Positions 1 through 12,960 of a DNA stretch of 64,000 nucleotides are shown here, in pieces; within the stretch, counting starts at the first letter, position 1; each line of letters opens with the position of its first letter. Source of the DNA: Hypanus sabinus (lineage: Eukaryota); the NCBI RefSeq assembly GCF_030144855.1, contig NW_026780455.1, forward strand, positions 1 through 64,000, given 5' to 3'. The notes under the pieces were generated by a model. It was given only the letters and a program-made list of their open reading frames with translations, made no database searches and was not told where the DNA came from. The translations under genes were made by a program, and so were the position numbers.

Positions 1-1339
1 TTTAGGAGCAGTTGTGACATCAAAATCATCAAGGCCATGAACAGGAATGGCTAGCTTCAATCACCCCTGCAGTGAAACAAGCTTAACCAAACACCCTTAT
101 TGCTAAATGACTCGGAGATTGGAGTATTCTAGAGATGTTTAATGTTTTAGCTTTCTTGAGATTTATAAACATATTTTGTCTGCATGGCTTTTTTAATGCT
201 GTTCTGTAATGACTGGGAGGATAGTCTTTGTGAATATTACTTTTGGGACATTATTAACCCTGTTCATGTGCTATCCTTTGTCACTTTCCTCTTTTAATTC
301 AGCATATGTTGGCCTATTCCCAGCATTGATTTCTGTATGATATCTGAGTTCGTAATGGCTTTATCTATTGGATAATTTGCTGTTCTTTGTCTACCCTGTG
401 TTGTCTTTATCCGGACGGTTATGATGTATTCTCTTGCCTGTAATCACTAATCGGTCGTCAGATAATTTGTAGGAATCTGATTGTTGTATTTAAAGTACGT
501 TTCTGTGCCCTTTATGTTTCTCAGCATCTGGTGAAACCTCATGTCCGGACACAACACATCGCGCTTATTTCTCATGTGCTCGGAACTATCAGACTATCTT
601 GCTGGTGCTTACTATTTTGGCCTTCTGGGGATGTCCATAAACATTACTGTGTAAGTAATTTTCTGATCGGACTCCGGTGATCAGTGGAGTTCCGTAGCAA
701 TCGGTGTTGGGACCGCTTCTAATCGCGTCGTGCGCACTAATCCGTGTGAACGATTTTTAATTTTTTTTTTGCTTTATGGCAGGGTTTAGGGATCATGCGA
801 AATTAGATGGCAGGTCAAATAGATTTGAGGATGCAGGTTTCTTGCAGAAGAAGGAAGACAGGCTGGGCAGTCAAGAAATAATTGGCAGCAGGAATGTAAT
901 GCAGAGAAGTGCCCAGTCTTACATGTTGGCACAGGGAATATAGGCCTGGATTATTTCAAAAATGGGGAAAAAAAAACAGCTGAATTGAAAAATCGGAGTT
1001 GCCGAGCCAAAAGACTATCTACAGACAGAGTCTGTGGTGAGGAAGACAGACACGTGTTCCAATCTATTTTCAGAGGACTGGTATATAAAAACAACTCCTT
1101 CGCCATATAATAAACTGTATACTCTTTGCAGTGGCCGAGATATTTTAACAATGAGGAGAACATTGAAGCAAGCAGGGGTGTCGAGACTTTTGGGAAGCTT
1201 TCATACAGGAAAATTTGCAGAATGTTGAGGAAACCAAATGCAATGTTAGTGTGACATTCGGCTCTATCAACCGACGTTCATCTTGGGGAAACTGCATTAG
1301 TCCATACCAAACTGCGTACTCATGTTTGCGTAGAAACTG

Positions 1340-1751
1340 TGTAGTGCACTCTGCTGCAAGCCCACAACGTAAAATATCAGAGACTACACAATGATTACAC
1401 ATAATAACTGTTATTTGGTGGTGTGGTTAGTAGAAGCAAATAAATCAAAGGCTCACGCCTCCCACGTTCGCCGATAAATGACCTCTGAACCTCCGATAAC
1501 TACCGAACTGTCGAATTCCGGTATCCACCGTCCTGGGATCGCCGAACGCTCCCGCACTCGTCCTTCCTCTTCACTCGCCTCGCCGAAATGACCGCGAACT
1601 CTCTCTGGTTTCCCATCAGACAATATAGAATAACAGGTCCCTCATTGGTTAGTTCCCCGTTATCTGCAGTTACAAACCAAACATCACAGCCACAGAAACC
1701 ATTGCCTCATCAGATAATATTACAGAGAAGCCATTCGATTACAACACTACA
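1340..1751. mobile_element. Possible solo-LTR-like element
   Basis: ~410 bp with inverted termini TGTAGTG...CACTACA. No TSD found. Confidence 0.3.
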
Positions 1752-3169
1752 GGTAAGCCATTTTATTAGCCTTAACAGTTGACATTACAGTCAATATTAC
1801 TGAGAACCTTACGTGTGCATCTATTTGCAAACGACGGGGATATAAAAGCAGCTTCTGAGAACTTGTCGATCTGTATATTCTTCCTGGTTGTGGCCTCATA
1901 AGCACGTACCACTGGCAGCAAATGCTGGAGGTCCTGTCTTTTAATTTCTCTCTTAACTGCCGGAACTGGTAGTGCAGTAAATCCTCACTCAACGTACCCA
2001 TGTCATTGGTACCTCAATGGGCCACGATGTTGACCTCTTAACTCTGCCAGGTAAGAATCCTGAGGACTCGATCCGAGATATCTCTGATGTTGCCGCCGAC
2101 AGAACCACCTGTCCGCACCACTAACGAATATCCTATCACCACAGCGTGACTTTCACACTTCCGCGTCTTCCCACCAACCCCATACACACAGACACCACTC
2201 AGAACCCACTGATCTTCTCAGTCACAGAGGCAAAATAACTGCTTGAGAGACGACTACTGTGACTGAACACTGCTAGTGGATATTGCCTCGCCCCCCAATC
2301 TTCCAAATGTTGAGGCAGATGGCCACGGGGGAAGTCTGCTCTGGTCCCTTCAGCCGTTTCTCATTCCAAACCGTTACGCAGTCTCTTGTGCCCTAAGCCC
2401 TGGGTGTAACTCCCTCTCTGTAGGTCTTGTTCATCACCACTTCAGCCTGCCGAATGATCAGTAGCTCATCCAGTTCCAGCTCCATCTCCGTACGCGACCG
2501 GTCAGAAGTTGCAGCTGAACGTAGCTAAGACAGCAGTCGCCGTCAGGGTAGCTGGAGTTCTCTATGCCTTCTCAAATCCCGCAAAAGGAGCATTCAGCTA
2601 CCCAGCCTACCCAGCTACCCAGCTACCTTCTGTTATCCCATATGATCAGATATTAAACGGTAAGGAAAAGAAAAACTCTTCGCCAAGTGTGTTTCTTTTC
2701 TTTGTCTACCTTGTCTGAAAACTCCCTGAGCTGTCGCCTCGGCGAGCAGAAACCTGCAGATCACCTGCTTGATGACTACTGCATTTGCCCCTGCTTTCCT
2801 CTTGATGATCAATGACAAACGCCGCCTGGTCGCTGGCCAACGCTGTTTTCACTGTAAGGATCACCTGTCGCTTTTTATACCCGTGCTGAGTGAAGTCCTC
2901 ACCTCCTAAATCACCCGACGTCCAGAGATGCCGCTCGACAGAACTCATTTTTTCTGAAAATCATTATTTTGGAATTATCTAAAGCAACGCTATTTTCAAA
3001 CTACCTATGCAATTATATATTTATATCCGTTTATATCATCATTATTGTTTGTTTTATTTATTATTTTTATTTTCTTCGTGTAGCTTCATTTCCAGACTTG
3101 TTGTATTACAGTGTCTAACTGGGTGCCAATAATTTTCTCAAATTTGTGTCCATTTTCAGAAACGGCACA

Positions 3170-3391
3170 TATCCGTGGACAGCGGACTGCTGGGATTATT
3201 GGACACACTTCCAATCTGCTTTCGTATCGCTTCTCTGTCGGTCTGCAAATAAAGGGTTAACTGCAGCTGTCATTCCGCAGAACCTAATTGAAGAAGTGTC
3301 CGTGGAGATTGTCGACGTCACAGCGGAGGTGTGGCTGCTGGTTACCTGGTCTATTAATATGTACGGTATCCCTCCCGACGACAGTTTCAGT
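3170..3391 (+). promoter_or_regulatory. Putative core promoter of GPCR copy 1
   Basis: Block conserved upstream of all four exon-1 copies: GACGTCA (3314-3320), TATTAAT (3352-3358), Inr-like TCAGT (3387-3391). Confidence 0.45.
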
Positions 3392-3485
3392 GAGAGCCGC
3401 CAGTCTGCGCTATCAGAGATAAGCGGCTGTAGACAGTGAGAAGACAGAGGCTGGATCGGGAACGGGGGTTTGGACTATCCCGGCA

Positions 3486-3657
3486 ATGGATCATAATCTT
3501 CAAAATACATCGCGCAATGCTGCGGCAATTGCGAAGAATTTTTTCTGGACGATTCAATTTATCATTGATGTGCTGGCGTGGGACTATGGAATTGCTGCGG
3601 CGCTTGTGACATTCCAAGACGTTTACTACCCTGTACTCGCCATTGTAGCTCTTCCTG
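3486..3657 (+). pseudogene. GPR139/GPR142-like GPCR copy 1, exon 1 (N-terminus + start of TM1)
   Basis: MDHNLQNTS...YYPVLAIVALP+G, then donor GTAAGT at 3658 (phase 1). Homologous to the three other exon-1 copies. Confidence 0.85.
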
Positions 3658-4356
3658 GTAAGTGTCTCGTCTCTTCCTCATGATGTTGTTGAAAAAATAT
3701 ATGTCAGCTTCTCTTTTATCCCCGTCCTCCCACAGCTCGCTAATTATAAGCCAGATCTTTCCAACTGGTATCGCTTTAGCAGACATGGTCTGAGTGTATT
3801 CGATACGGTACCCCATGCAAGGCAAATTGAGCACATGAGGAGCCATGCTATCCAAAGGGACTTTGCTTTGTGTCTCCAGAACTCGCTTCCCACTGAAGGC
3901 AAAGAGCGGATGCAGACGTGTCATATTCTGCAAGGAGCTCGGTGACCAGTAGTGACCTCAGTTATCATTGTGCTAACTTTACCCTTCCTGAGTTTTATAA
4001 AAAGGCCTGGATGAGGAAGTGGAGGGATGGTTCAGTAAATTTGCTGGTGACACAGAGGTTGAGCTTTTGTGCGTCGTGTGGAAGGCTGTCAGAGATTAGA
4101 GCGAGACATTGTTATGATGCAATACTGGGAGAGAATGTGGCTGATTAGAGTTCAACGAATCTTAGTCCAAAGTGGCTCAATTTGGTAGATCAAATATGAC
4201 GGCAGAAATATAGTATGAGTGGTTAAGACTCTTGGCAGTGTGGAGGATCAGAGGGTTTTGGCGGTCCGATTCCATAGGGCGTTCAAAACAGCTGCGCAGG
4301 GCGATTTTGTGAGTGAGAAGGAATATGGTGTATTGGCCGCTATTAATAGTTGAATT

Positions 4357-5638
4357 TGTTTTGAAGGATGAACAACCGCTTATGGGTAGAAGGGTACAGA
4401 ATTGCCCATATTTTTTCGCTTCCCTGGGAGAATTACAAACAGTTACTGTTGCAGTGCTGCTAATGAGAGAGAAAGGTATGAAACAAAAACATACTGGGAC
4501 TGGAACATTTGCTTCAGATAAGAGAGAGATAACACCGGGAGAGAGAGACTTGCTGTTCTACCATATTATGACTCCTGAAAGACTTATGGCTCCGGAGAGG
4601 GCTGTTTACTTGGTACCATTCTGTTCATTAAAATTCCTCAGTGGACATCCGGAGTGAGCTGGTTTGATGACTAAGCCATTCAAAAACCTGATTGACCCCT
4701 GAGACCCCGTGAGTATGGATAAAAGTGAAGACTGGGGAGACACCCCTCAGACACACCAGCAGACGCACCAGGATACAGACTAGTGAGCACTGCTTAAGTG
4801 TTGGAACCCACAAGAAAATTGTGGGGCATCGGAGGACCGAACTAAGGATCGGTCAATTTTAACTCACAGTGCTTATAGCGAGGCAAGAGGGGGCTTGTGT
4901 GTGTGTGTCCACCCTTGCCTGGGTGACGAGTCCACCATAGAAGAACGGTCTAGCTAAAGGCGAGAGGGATCATACTGATTGGCCACAACAACACATCGAC
5001 CGATCAAGAACGTAAAGGAAGGTTTGANNNNNNNNNNNNNNNNNNNNNNNNNNNNNNNNNNNNNNNNNNNNNNNNNNNNNNNNNNNNNNNNNNNNNNNNN
5101 NNNNNNNNNNNNNNNNNNNNNNNNNNNNNNNNNNNNNNNNNNNNNNNNNNNNNNNNNNNNNNNNNNNNNNNNNNNNNNNNNNNNNNNNNNNNNNNNNNNN
5201 NNNNNNNNNNNNNNNNNNNNNNNNNNNNNNNNNNNNNNNNNNNNNNNNNNNNNNNNNNNNNNNNNNNNNNNNNNNNNNNNNNNNNNNNNNNNNNNNNNNN
5301 NNNNNNNNNNNNNNNNNNNNNNNNNNNNNNNNNNNNNNNNNNNNNNNNNNNNNNNNNNNNNNNACATCGACCAGCAAATACCTAGGCCTGTATGAACTGA
5401 ACTGAACTTTATATTCACATATGAAAAATCATTATCCTCTAGACAACGATAGAGCTTGTTTATTGTTGATTATTATTATACCAACACTTTTGTGGGTAAC
5501 GTGTGTTATCTGTATATTTGCATTGTGGATATTGATTTGTATATTTTACTAATAAACATTGTTTTGAAAATAGTACCAGACTCAAACCGAATCCTTCTAT
5601 CTTTGCTGGAAAAACACCCAGTTACGGGCTACGTAACC
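4357..5638 (+). mobile_element. Solo LTR (Gypsy-like) with AATT target-site duplication; contains an assembly gap
   Basis: Starts TG and ends ...TACGTAACC. AATT at 4353-4356 and 5639-5642, AATAAA at 5551. Interrupts CR1 sequence. Confidence 0.6.
5028..5363. other. Assembly gap (N run)
   Basis: Run of N. Confidence 1.
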
Positions 5639-6479
5639 AATTGAATTAAGAGCCGAGAGGTAATGTTGCACCGATATTGGGCAATGATTTGGCCCTACGT
5701 GGAGTACTCTGCTCAGTTAAGGTTGCCTCACTTCAGGAAGGATGCAGAAACCGTAGTAAAGGTGCAGATGAAATTTGCAAAGATGTTGACTGGATGGGAT
5801 TGGGGAACTTGCCTTATGAAAACAGGTGAGTGAACACGGCCTATTCTCCTCGAAGCGACGAAGAATGAGAGGCGACCTGATAGAGGTGTATCAGATGATG
5901 AGAGATATGGATCGTGTGGATAGTCAGAGGTATTCTCCAAGTGCTGAAATGGTTTCCATAAGTGTGCACAGGTTTAACCTGCTGGTTTGCAGGTACAGAG
6001 GAGATTTTATGGGGAACTCACTCTTTTATGCAGAGAGTCGTGAGTGTGTTGAATGTTCTGCTGGCAAAAGTGGTGGAGAAGGATACGAGAGGGACTTTTA
6101 AAGAGACTTTTGGAGAGGTATTTGGAGGGTAGGAAAATAGAGGGCTGTGGGTAGTCCTAGTCATACCTAGGTTGGGACATGTTCGGCACAACTTGTGGGC
6201 CGAACGGCCTGCATTGTGCTGTTGGTTTTCTATGTTTCCAAATCGACAATCGTCACTTTCATTGCCGGATCATGCCAGTCTGAACAGATTGACTATTCCT
6301 GCTCCTATTGCTAATGAACATGCCACTCCCCAATATGCTCCTTTCCAACGAATATCAATGTCCAATCTCTCTCCGACTAGACAATCTCCAATCTATATCT
6401 CACTCACCATTTTGAGTTTCCAATCCGTCTGGCTCTCAAAAGACTAATTCTAACTGGCAAATTGATTTTAACCCAGATT

Positions 6480-7292
6480 GGTGTCAGGCAGTTGGAGTTT
6501 AACTCAGATAAATGTGAGGTGGTTAATTTTACTAGGTCAACTCTGAAGGCAGAATATAGTATTAATGGTAAGACTCGGCAGTGTGGAGGATCAGAGGGAT
6601 CTTGGAGTATGAGTCCACAGAACACTTAAAGCAGCTGCGCAGGTTGACTCTGTGGTTAAGAAGGCGTCCGGTGCATTGGCCTTCGTCAATCATGGGATTG
6701 CGTTTAGAAGCCGGGAGGTAATGTTCCAGATATATGGGACCCTGGTCAGACCCCACTTGGAATACTGTGCTCAGTTCTGGTCGCCTCACTACAGGATGGA
6801 CGTGGAGGCCATAGAAAGGGTGCAGAGGAGATTTGCACGGATGTTGCCTGGATTTGGGAACATGCCTTATGAAATCTGGTGGCGTGAACACGGCCTATTC
6901 TCCTCGAAGCGACGAAGGATGAGAGGCGACCTGATCGAGGTCTATCAGATGATGAGAGTTAAGGATCGTGTGGATCGTCAGAGGTTTTCGCCAAGTGCTG
7001 AAATGTCTGCCGTAAGAGGTCACAGGTATAACGTGTTGGGTTGCAGGTACAGAGGAGATGTCATGGGGAATTCGTTTAAGCAGAGAGTCCTGAGTGTGTT
7101 GAATGTTCTCCTGGCAACAGAGGTGGAAGCAAATACGAGAGGGTCTTTTAAGAGACTTCTGGAGAGGTACTTGAGCTTACAAAATATAGGGTTGTCGGTA
7201 AGCCTATCATTCCTAAGGTTGGGACATGTTCAACACAACTTTATGGGCCGAAGGTCCTGTATTGTGCTGTTGGTTTTCTATGTTTCTATGTT
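6480..7292 (+). mobile_element. CR1 LINE 3' fragment
   Basis: ORF 6652-7308: LVRPHLEYCAQFWSPHY..IERVQRRFARMLPG..RMRGDLIEVY. Tail ttctatgtttctatgtttct. Confidence 0.9.
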
Positions 7293-8053
7293 TCTAGATC
7301 CGCCATGATCACGTTCGTTGCCAAATCACGCCAATCCGAACAGATGGACGACTCCTGCTCCTATTGCTAATGCTCTTATGTTCTCATTGTTTCTCGTGTA
7401 TACCGTTGAGCGGACCTGGAATTATATCACTGTAATACATGGCATATTAATAAGTTTATTATTCTCTTAACACCTCCTCGTCTCAACTCCTTATTCTGAC
7501 GTCGAAGATCAGAATAATTCCAGGTATCCACTGATATCACTGATTAGTCCACAGGGTACGGCAGCTGAATTCAGCCATTCGAACACCGAGGCTTCTCCAT
7601 GATAGCTGATTTATCATCCCCCTGAACCACATTCTGCCGACCACTCCCAGTATCCATTGACACCCCGACGAATCAAGAGCCTGTCACTCTCCGCTGCAAA
7701 CAAACTGGCAGCCATAGCTGTCTGTGGCGAGAAATTCCACACATTTAGCAGCCTTCGAGTAACGAAATTGCTCCCCATCTCTGTTCCAACGAGATTGGTT
7801 TACTTTTGTGAAAACTCGTTCTCAGAAGCTACATATCCACGTCCATAATATCTCGGACGTTCAAAATTCGTTAGGTTTCACTGAGAATCCCCTCAATATA
7901 CTGAACTTCAGCGGGCATATTATACTCACTACCGAATTAGTAATGGGTCCCTTATTCATCTCTGTTCTCGGAAGTGTTGTCGATTAAAACAATAGTTTTT
8001 AAGGAATGTTTCATCAAAATATGTGTTAATGACCTTTATTTCTCTCCGCACAG

Positions 8054-8960
8054 TGAACGTGGTGACATTAGTCATCCTGTCGCGGGGAAAGTGCGGTCTC
8101 TCCAAAGGGGTCACAAGGTACCTGGTTGCCATGGTAGCTGCGGATCAGTTGGTCGTTTTCTTCGATTTGGTTTTGAGCAAGATTCCGATGACTCTCATTC
8201 CAGGAGAGGTTTTCCTCTGGTCCCGTCGTGTTCCTGTGTCCACGCCGTCGTGTTCTACGCCGCCACGGACTGTTCCGTCGCTTTCACCTTTGATCGATTT
8301 GTAGCCATTTGTTTTCAGAAGCTGAAACAAAAATACTGCACCGGGAGAGCGGCGGCTCTGGTTCTGGGGACAGTGACTCTGCTGAGCTGCTTAAAAAACA
8401 TGTTTTGGTACTTTTTTCTCGATGGGACATATTCGATATTCAGAACGTCCGTGTTGTGTTATAGCAGTAAACGCTTATTTTCCCCACCGAAGCTCGCAAC
8501 ATTTCTGATTATTCATTTCGTCTTCACCCCAATATTACCCTTTATCCTGATTCTGCTGCTAAACAGTTTAACCATCAGTCAGGTCTTAGTGGCCAGCCGA
8601 GCCCGGAGGAGACTCCGTGGTCTGCGCGATGGCGAGACGCCCGCCGATCCGGAGATGAAGAACCGCAGACAATCCCTCCTGTTACTGCTGGCGATGTCCG
8701 GGAATTTCATCCTGCTGTGGGCGCTGCTGACTGTGTCTTCCGTATGCGAGAGTCTCGGTGATTCCGTTCCCTTGACTCCCCCGAAATCTCTTCGGGATCT
8801 GGGCTACATGCTGCAACTGCTGAGCTGCTGCACCAACACGGCCCTTTACGCCGTGGTCCAGGCCAGGTTCAGGGTTCAGCTGCAGGAGACGGTGACATTT
8901 CCCTTCCGTCAAATGACAAATTTCACGCGTGGATGTCAGAGGAACATTAATCCTCAGTGA
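8054..8960 (+). pseudogene. GPR139-like GPCR copy 1, exon 2 (frameshifted)
   Basis: Acceptor cacAG|TG at 8053/8054, in phase with exon 1. 7-nt deletion at 8239/8240 (frameshift) and a 12-nt deletion at ~8279. DRF, NRRQS and CCTNTALY motifs; stop ends at 8960. Confidence 0.9.
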
Positions 8961-9559
8961 CGCCCCAAAATATCCTATTCCGTCAGTGGCATGTGCAGTT
9001 CCATTGGCGCTGTGGACGTCCCTGAATATCTCCCGCCCTCCACCCCTCGATGCACCAACAGGATCTGAGAGTATCCCCTTTCTACCTCCACACTGCTTGT
9101 TCCAGTTTACTTTCTTCACGAGTTCCCTGAAATGTCCCCCTCAGTACCACCAAGTGGGTTGTTCTAACCTTATTTGCATGCGAAGCTTTGCCATCACCAT
9201 CGCAATACGACAGTTGTGCCTTGCTTGTGTTCCGTGCAGACCGAATCCCAGTCTGGGTATGCCCGATGTAGCTCCATCTCTTTCATCTGTCGATGTCTAC
9301 TGGTTCAAACAGCCCCTGCATTTGAGCCGTTAAGGAAGACTTGTTACAGCGGTTTGAGCAAGGTCTTGGCCATGTTGACGGAGACGCTGTCAGGATTGAC
9401 TGCAGTACCGAAATGCGGTGAGTTTCTGGTGAAACAGAGGAGCATGCATAATACATGCATTCTAAAAACAAATAAATACTCAAATGACAAATTAGCACAA
9501 TCGTGGCAAAATGTAAAAACAAACGAGAAGGCATGTAACAAAGAAAGAAACTAGCGGGA

Positions 9560-10520
9560 AAACAGAGTATATGGCTGTTTTTCAGAAACTACAGAGAACA
9601 ACTAACAAAATCACTAGAAGGGAAAATATGAAATATGAAGCAAGACTGTGAAGAACATCAAGGTGGGTAGTGAAATCATTTTCAAGTATAGAAAAGTCAA
9701 ATAGAAATGAGAGTAGATATAGGACCGCTAGCAAATTAGGCAAGATAAATAAATTGAAAGCAAGGTCATGGCAGATGAACTAAATGAGTATTTGCAACAA
9801 TCATCACATTGGAAGACACTACCAGTTTGCCTGATGTTGCAGTGTGCGAAGGAACAGAAGTGGTGCGTTATTTTTCTTACAAGAGAGAAGTTGCTCAAAA
9901 AGCTGAAAGACCAAAGGGTACAAAATTCACCCGGAGCAGATAAACTCCACATTAGGGTTCTTAAAGAGTGAGCGGTAGAGATTGTGGATGCATTAGCAAT
10001 GAAATTTCTAAAGTCATTGGACTCTCGCATGGTGCCAGAGGACTGACAAATTGCAAATGCCGCTTCACCCTCTGGGAAGATAGCAGAAAGCGAATTATAT
10101 AACTGACAGCCTCATCTTAATGGTTAGGAAGAAGTGAGAAGAATGTTGTGAGATCGCATTTAAACATTTCTAATGTTGAAAAGCCTCGGCAGTGTGGGTG
10201 TGGAAAGTATGTTTCCCAAGGTTGCGGTGTCTAAGACAGGAGGACGTAGTCTCACAGACCAGAGGCGTCTTTTTAAAACATGGATGTGGAGAACTTCCTT
10301 TTTCTAGAGGGTGGTGAGCTTGGGGAATTTGTTTCCACGTTCAGCTGTGGAGGCCAGGTCATTCGGTGCATTTGAGGCAGAGATTTATAGAGTGTTGGCA
10401 TCAATCGTTACGGCGAGAAGACCAAAAATGGAAGTGAGAAAGTGAAATAGAGGATCAGCTATGACTCGATGGGCCAAATGGTCTAATTCTGCTCCGGTAT
10501 ATTATAGACTGATGGCTTTG
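9560..10520 (+). mobile_element. Degraded CR1 LINE fragments
   Basis: MADELNEY...SPGADKLHIRVLKE, a CR1 ORF2 linker motif, followed by a CR1 3' end. Confidence 0.7.
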
Positions 10521-10662
10521 TGGTCTTAAATCCGTGAGAGTTACGGGCATTATTTTTATCTGTTTTTGTTTAGGCTCTGAGCCATGCTGATTAGTGGGAA
10601 TGCCTATTATCAACAGGGAACTGATTGAAACGATGTAGAGAGAAAACATGCATTGTTGCTTT

Positions 10663-10762
10663 CAAGTCCGAATGAATGGTCTTGGCCCGAAACATCGAGC
10701 GCTTATTCATTTCCAGAGACGCTGTCTAACCTGCTGAGCTCCTCCAGCAATCTGTGCGTGAT
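10663..10762 (+). repeat. Penelope-type terminal repeat with degenerate hammerhead motif
   Basis: gtccgaatgaatggtcttggcccgaaacatcga...gctgtctaacctgctgagctcctccagca, similar to the terminus of the element at 13172-13270. Confidence 0.5.
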
Positions 10763-11029
10763 TCCGTTCTAAGTGCAAAATTCAATGCACTGTGTTTATC
10801 AAAATTATGTAATGTCCTGCTTTATATTTTTACTCTTATGTTTTACGTATTTCTTTCTGCAGTCTGTTCTACCGGCAACCTGCTTGCATTACTGTTGAAG
10901 TTAAGGAATGCGTGCGATCCAATTAGTATGGTCGAATTTGGGGCAGCTTTTCTTGTTGAAGGACAATAAGGTCGGTCTAGGTTTTGTTTTTGGTTCCTCT
11001 CAATGATAGGGCATTACTCAATACGCTAC

Positions 11030-12960
11030 CATTTACCATGTACGTTCTAGCTTGATTAGTCCTACCAAAATGTGGCACCTCATACTTATTAGCATTAAAC
11101 TCCATCTGCCATCTATCAGCCCCTCTTCTAACTGGCCTAAATCTCTCTGCAAGCTTTGAAAACCTACTTGATTATCAACAACGCTACCTATCTTAATAAC
11201 ATCTGCATACTTACCAATCCAGTTTTCCATCCCATCATCCAGAAAATTAATGTACAAACGTTTGTATATGACAAACAACACTGGACCCAGTACAGATCCC
11301 AAAGGCACACAACTAGTCGCCGGCCTCCAAAACTGACAAACAGTTTTCCACTTCTACTCTTTGGCATTGCCCATCCAGCCACTGTTGAATCTGTTTAACT
11401 GCTTAACTATTAATACCAAACCATTGGACTTTCCTAAATATCCTACCGTGTGGAACCTTGAAAATATAGACACGTCCATATAGAGAACATTAATATAACT
11501 GTAGAAACGCTTTGGATATATTTGCACTTTACTTGTCAAAACAACCCCTTAACTTCTTTTAGCATTTCTAATTATTTTTAAAGATTCTTTTTATATTATT
11601 TATAATCTTAGAACACCTCATTTCCTCCATGCTTCTTATATTTATTGTAGACCTCTCTCTTTTTTCCGAACCGATTTCCAATATCCCTAGAAATCCATGA
11701 CTCTCTCAAACGTTTAAACTTTCCTTTCAACCTTACAGGAACATAAAGATTCTGTACGCTAAAAATTTCCCATTTAAATTGCCTCCATCTCTCTATTACA
11801 TCCTTCGCATAAAACAAATTGCCCCAATCCACTTCTTCTAAATCCCTTCGAAATCTCCTTAGCGTTAGGCTTTATCTAATCAAAAATCTCAACCCAGGGT
11901 CGAGACCTATCTTTCTCCATAATTATTTCGAAATTAATGGCATTGTGATCACTGGGCCGGAAGTGCTCACCAACACATACCTCCGTCACATGACCTATCT
12001 CATTCCCTAACAGGAAATCCAGCACTGCCACTTCTCTAGTTGGTACCTCAATGTATTGCTGCAAAATAAAATATACCCTGCACACATTTTACAAACTCTA
12101 AACCATCCAGCCGTTTTACAGAATGGGTTTCACAATCGATGTGTGTAAAATTAAAATCTCCCACAATCACAACCTTGGACTTACTACAAATATCTGCCAT
12201 CTCCTCACAAATTTTCTCCCCCAATTCTCGCTCCCTATAAAGTGCTCTATAATCAATCCCTATAAGTGTTACTACACCTTTCGCATTTCTCAATCCCACC
12301 CCAGTAATCACCCTAGACGAGCCCTCTAATGTATCCTGCCAGAGCACCGCTGTAATATTTACTCTGACAAGCAGTTCAACACCTACTCCTCTTGTACCTC
12401 CGATTGCAGCAAACCTGAATAACCGAAAAGCAGGAATATTAGTTGCCAGTCACACCCCTCCTGCAACCATGTTTCACTGAGAGCTACACCATCATACTTC
12501 CAGGTATCAATCCAAGCTCTAAGCTCATCCACCTTTCTTACAATGCTCCTAGCATTGAAAAAAATGTATTTACGAATTTCTCCAACTCTTCTCTCTATTA
12601 ATCACTTACACAGCAAACAACTTTACTTTCTTCTTTTTCTGCCTTCTCCACTCCCCTTCCTTCCCTTCTTCCTCTGAGCCCTCACCTTCTCTATATCCTG
12701 ACTTCCCTCCCTCTCACACTCTCTAGAATATTTCCCTATAGTGAGCTCTCTCCTGGTCTCTTCAATATGATTCCCACCCCCAACCATTCTACCTTAAAGT
12801 CTCCCCAGTAGCTTTAGCAAATCTCCCTCAAAGATACTGGCTTCCCTATGATTTATATGTGCCCGTCCTTTTTGTACAGGTCACAGCAGCCCCAAAAGAG
12901 GTCCCAATGATCCGGAATGTTGAAGCACTGCCCACTGCCCTTGTTCCAATCCCTCAGCAC
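11030..12960 (-). mobile_element. CR1 LINE fragment (endonuclease + partial RT, internally deleted)
   Basis: VVIVGDFNF, PTREVAVLD, SDHNAI (APE endonuclease). PLGSVLGPVLF and KYAD (RT). Confidence 0.85.

Larger units (their letters stand above)
3985..6240 (+). mobile_element. CR1 LINE 3' fragment (RT C-terminus), split by a solo LTR
   Basis: Degenerate CR1 ORF2 motifs (RMRGDLIEVY) and a ttctatgttt tail. CR1 sequence resumes after 5642. Confidence 0.8.

Noticed and set aside
4954-5418. ORFs spanning N runs (also 24626-25048)
   Set aside because: Assembly-gap artefacts.
6652-7308. 218-aa ORF (and 60671-61246, 50270-50707) as host genes
   Set aside because: Fragments of CR1 ORF2.
7974-8960. 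328-aa ORF as an intact single-exon GPCR
   Set aside because: It starts in the intron at a non-ATG codon, and its first ~89 residues are out of frame with the receptor. It is an artefact of the 7-nt deletion.
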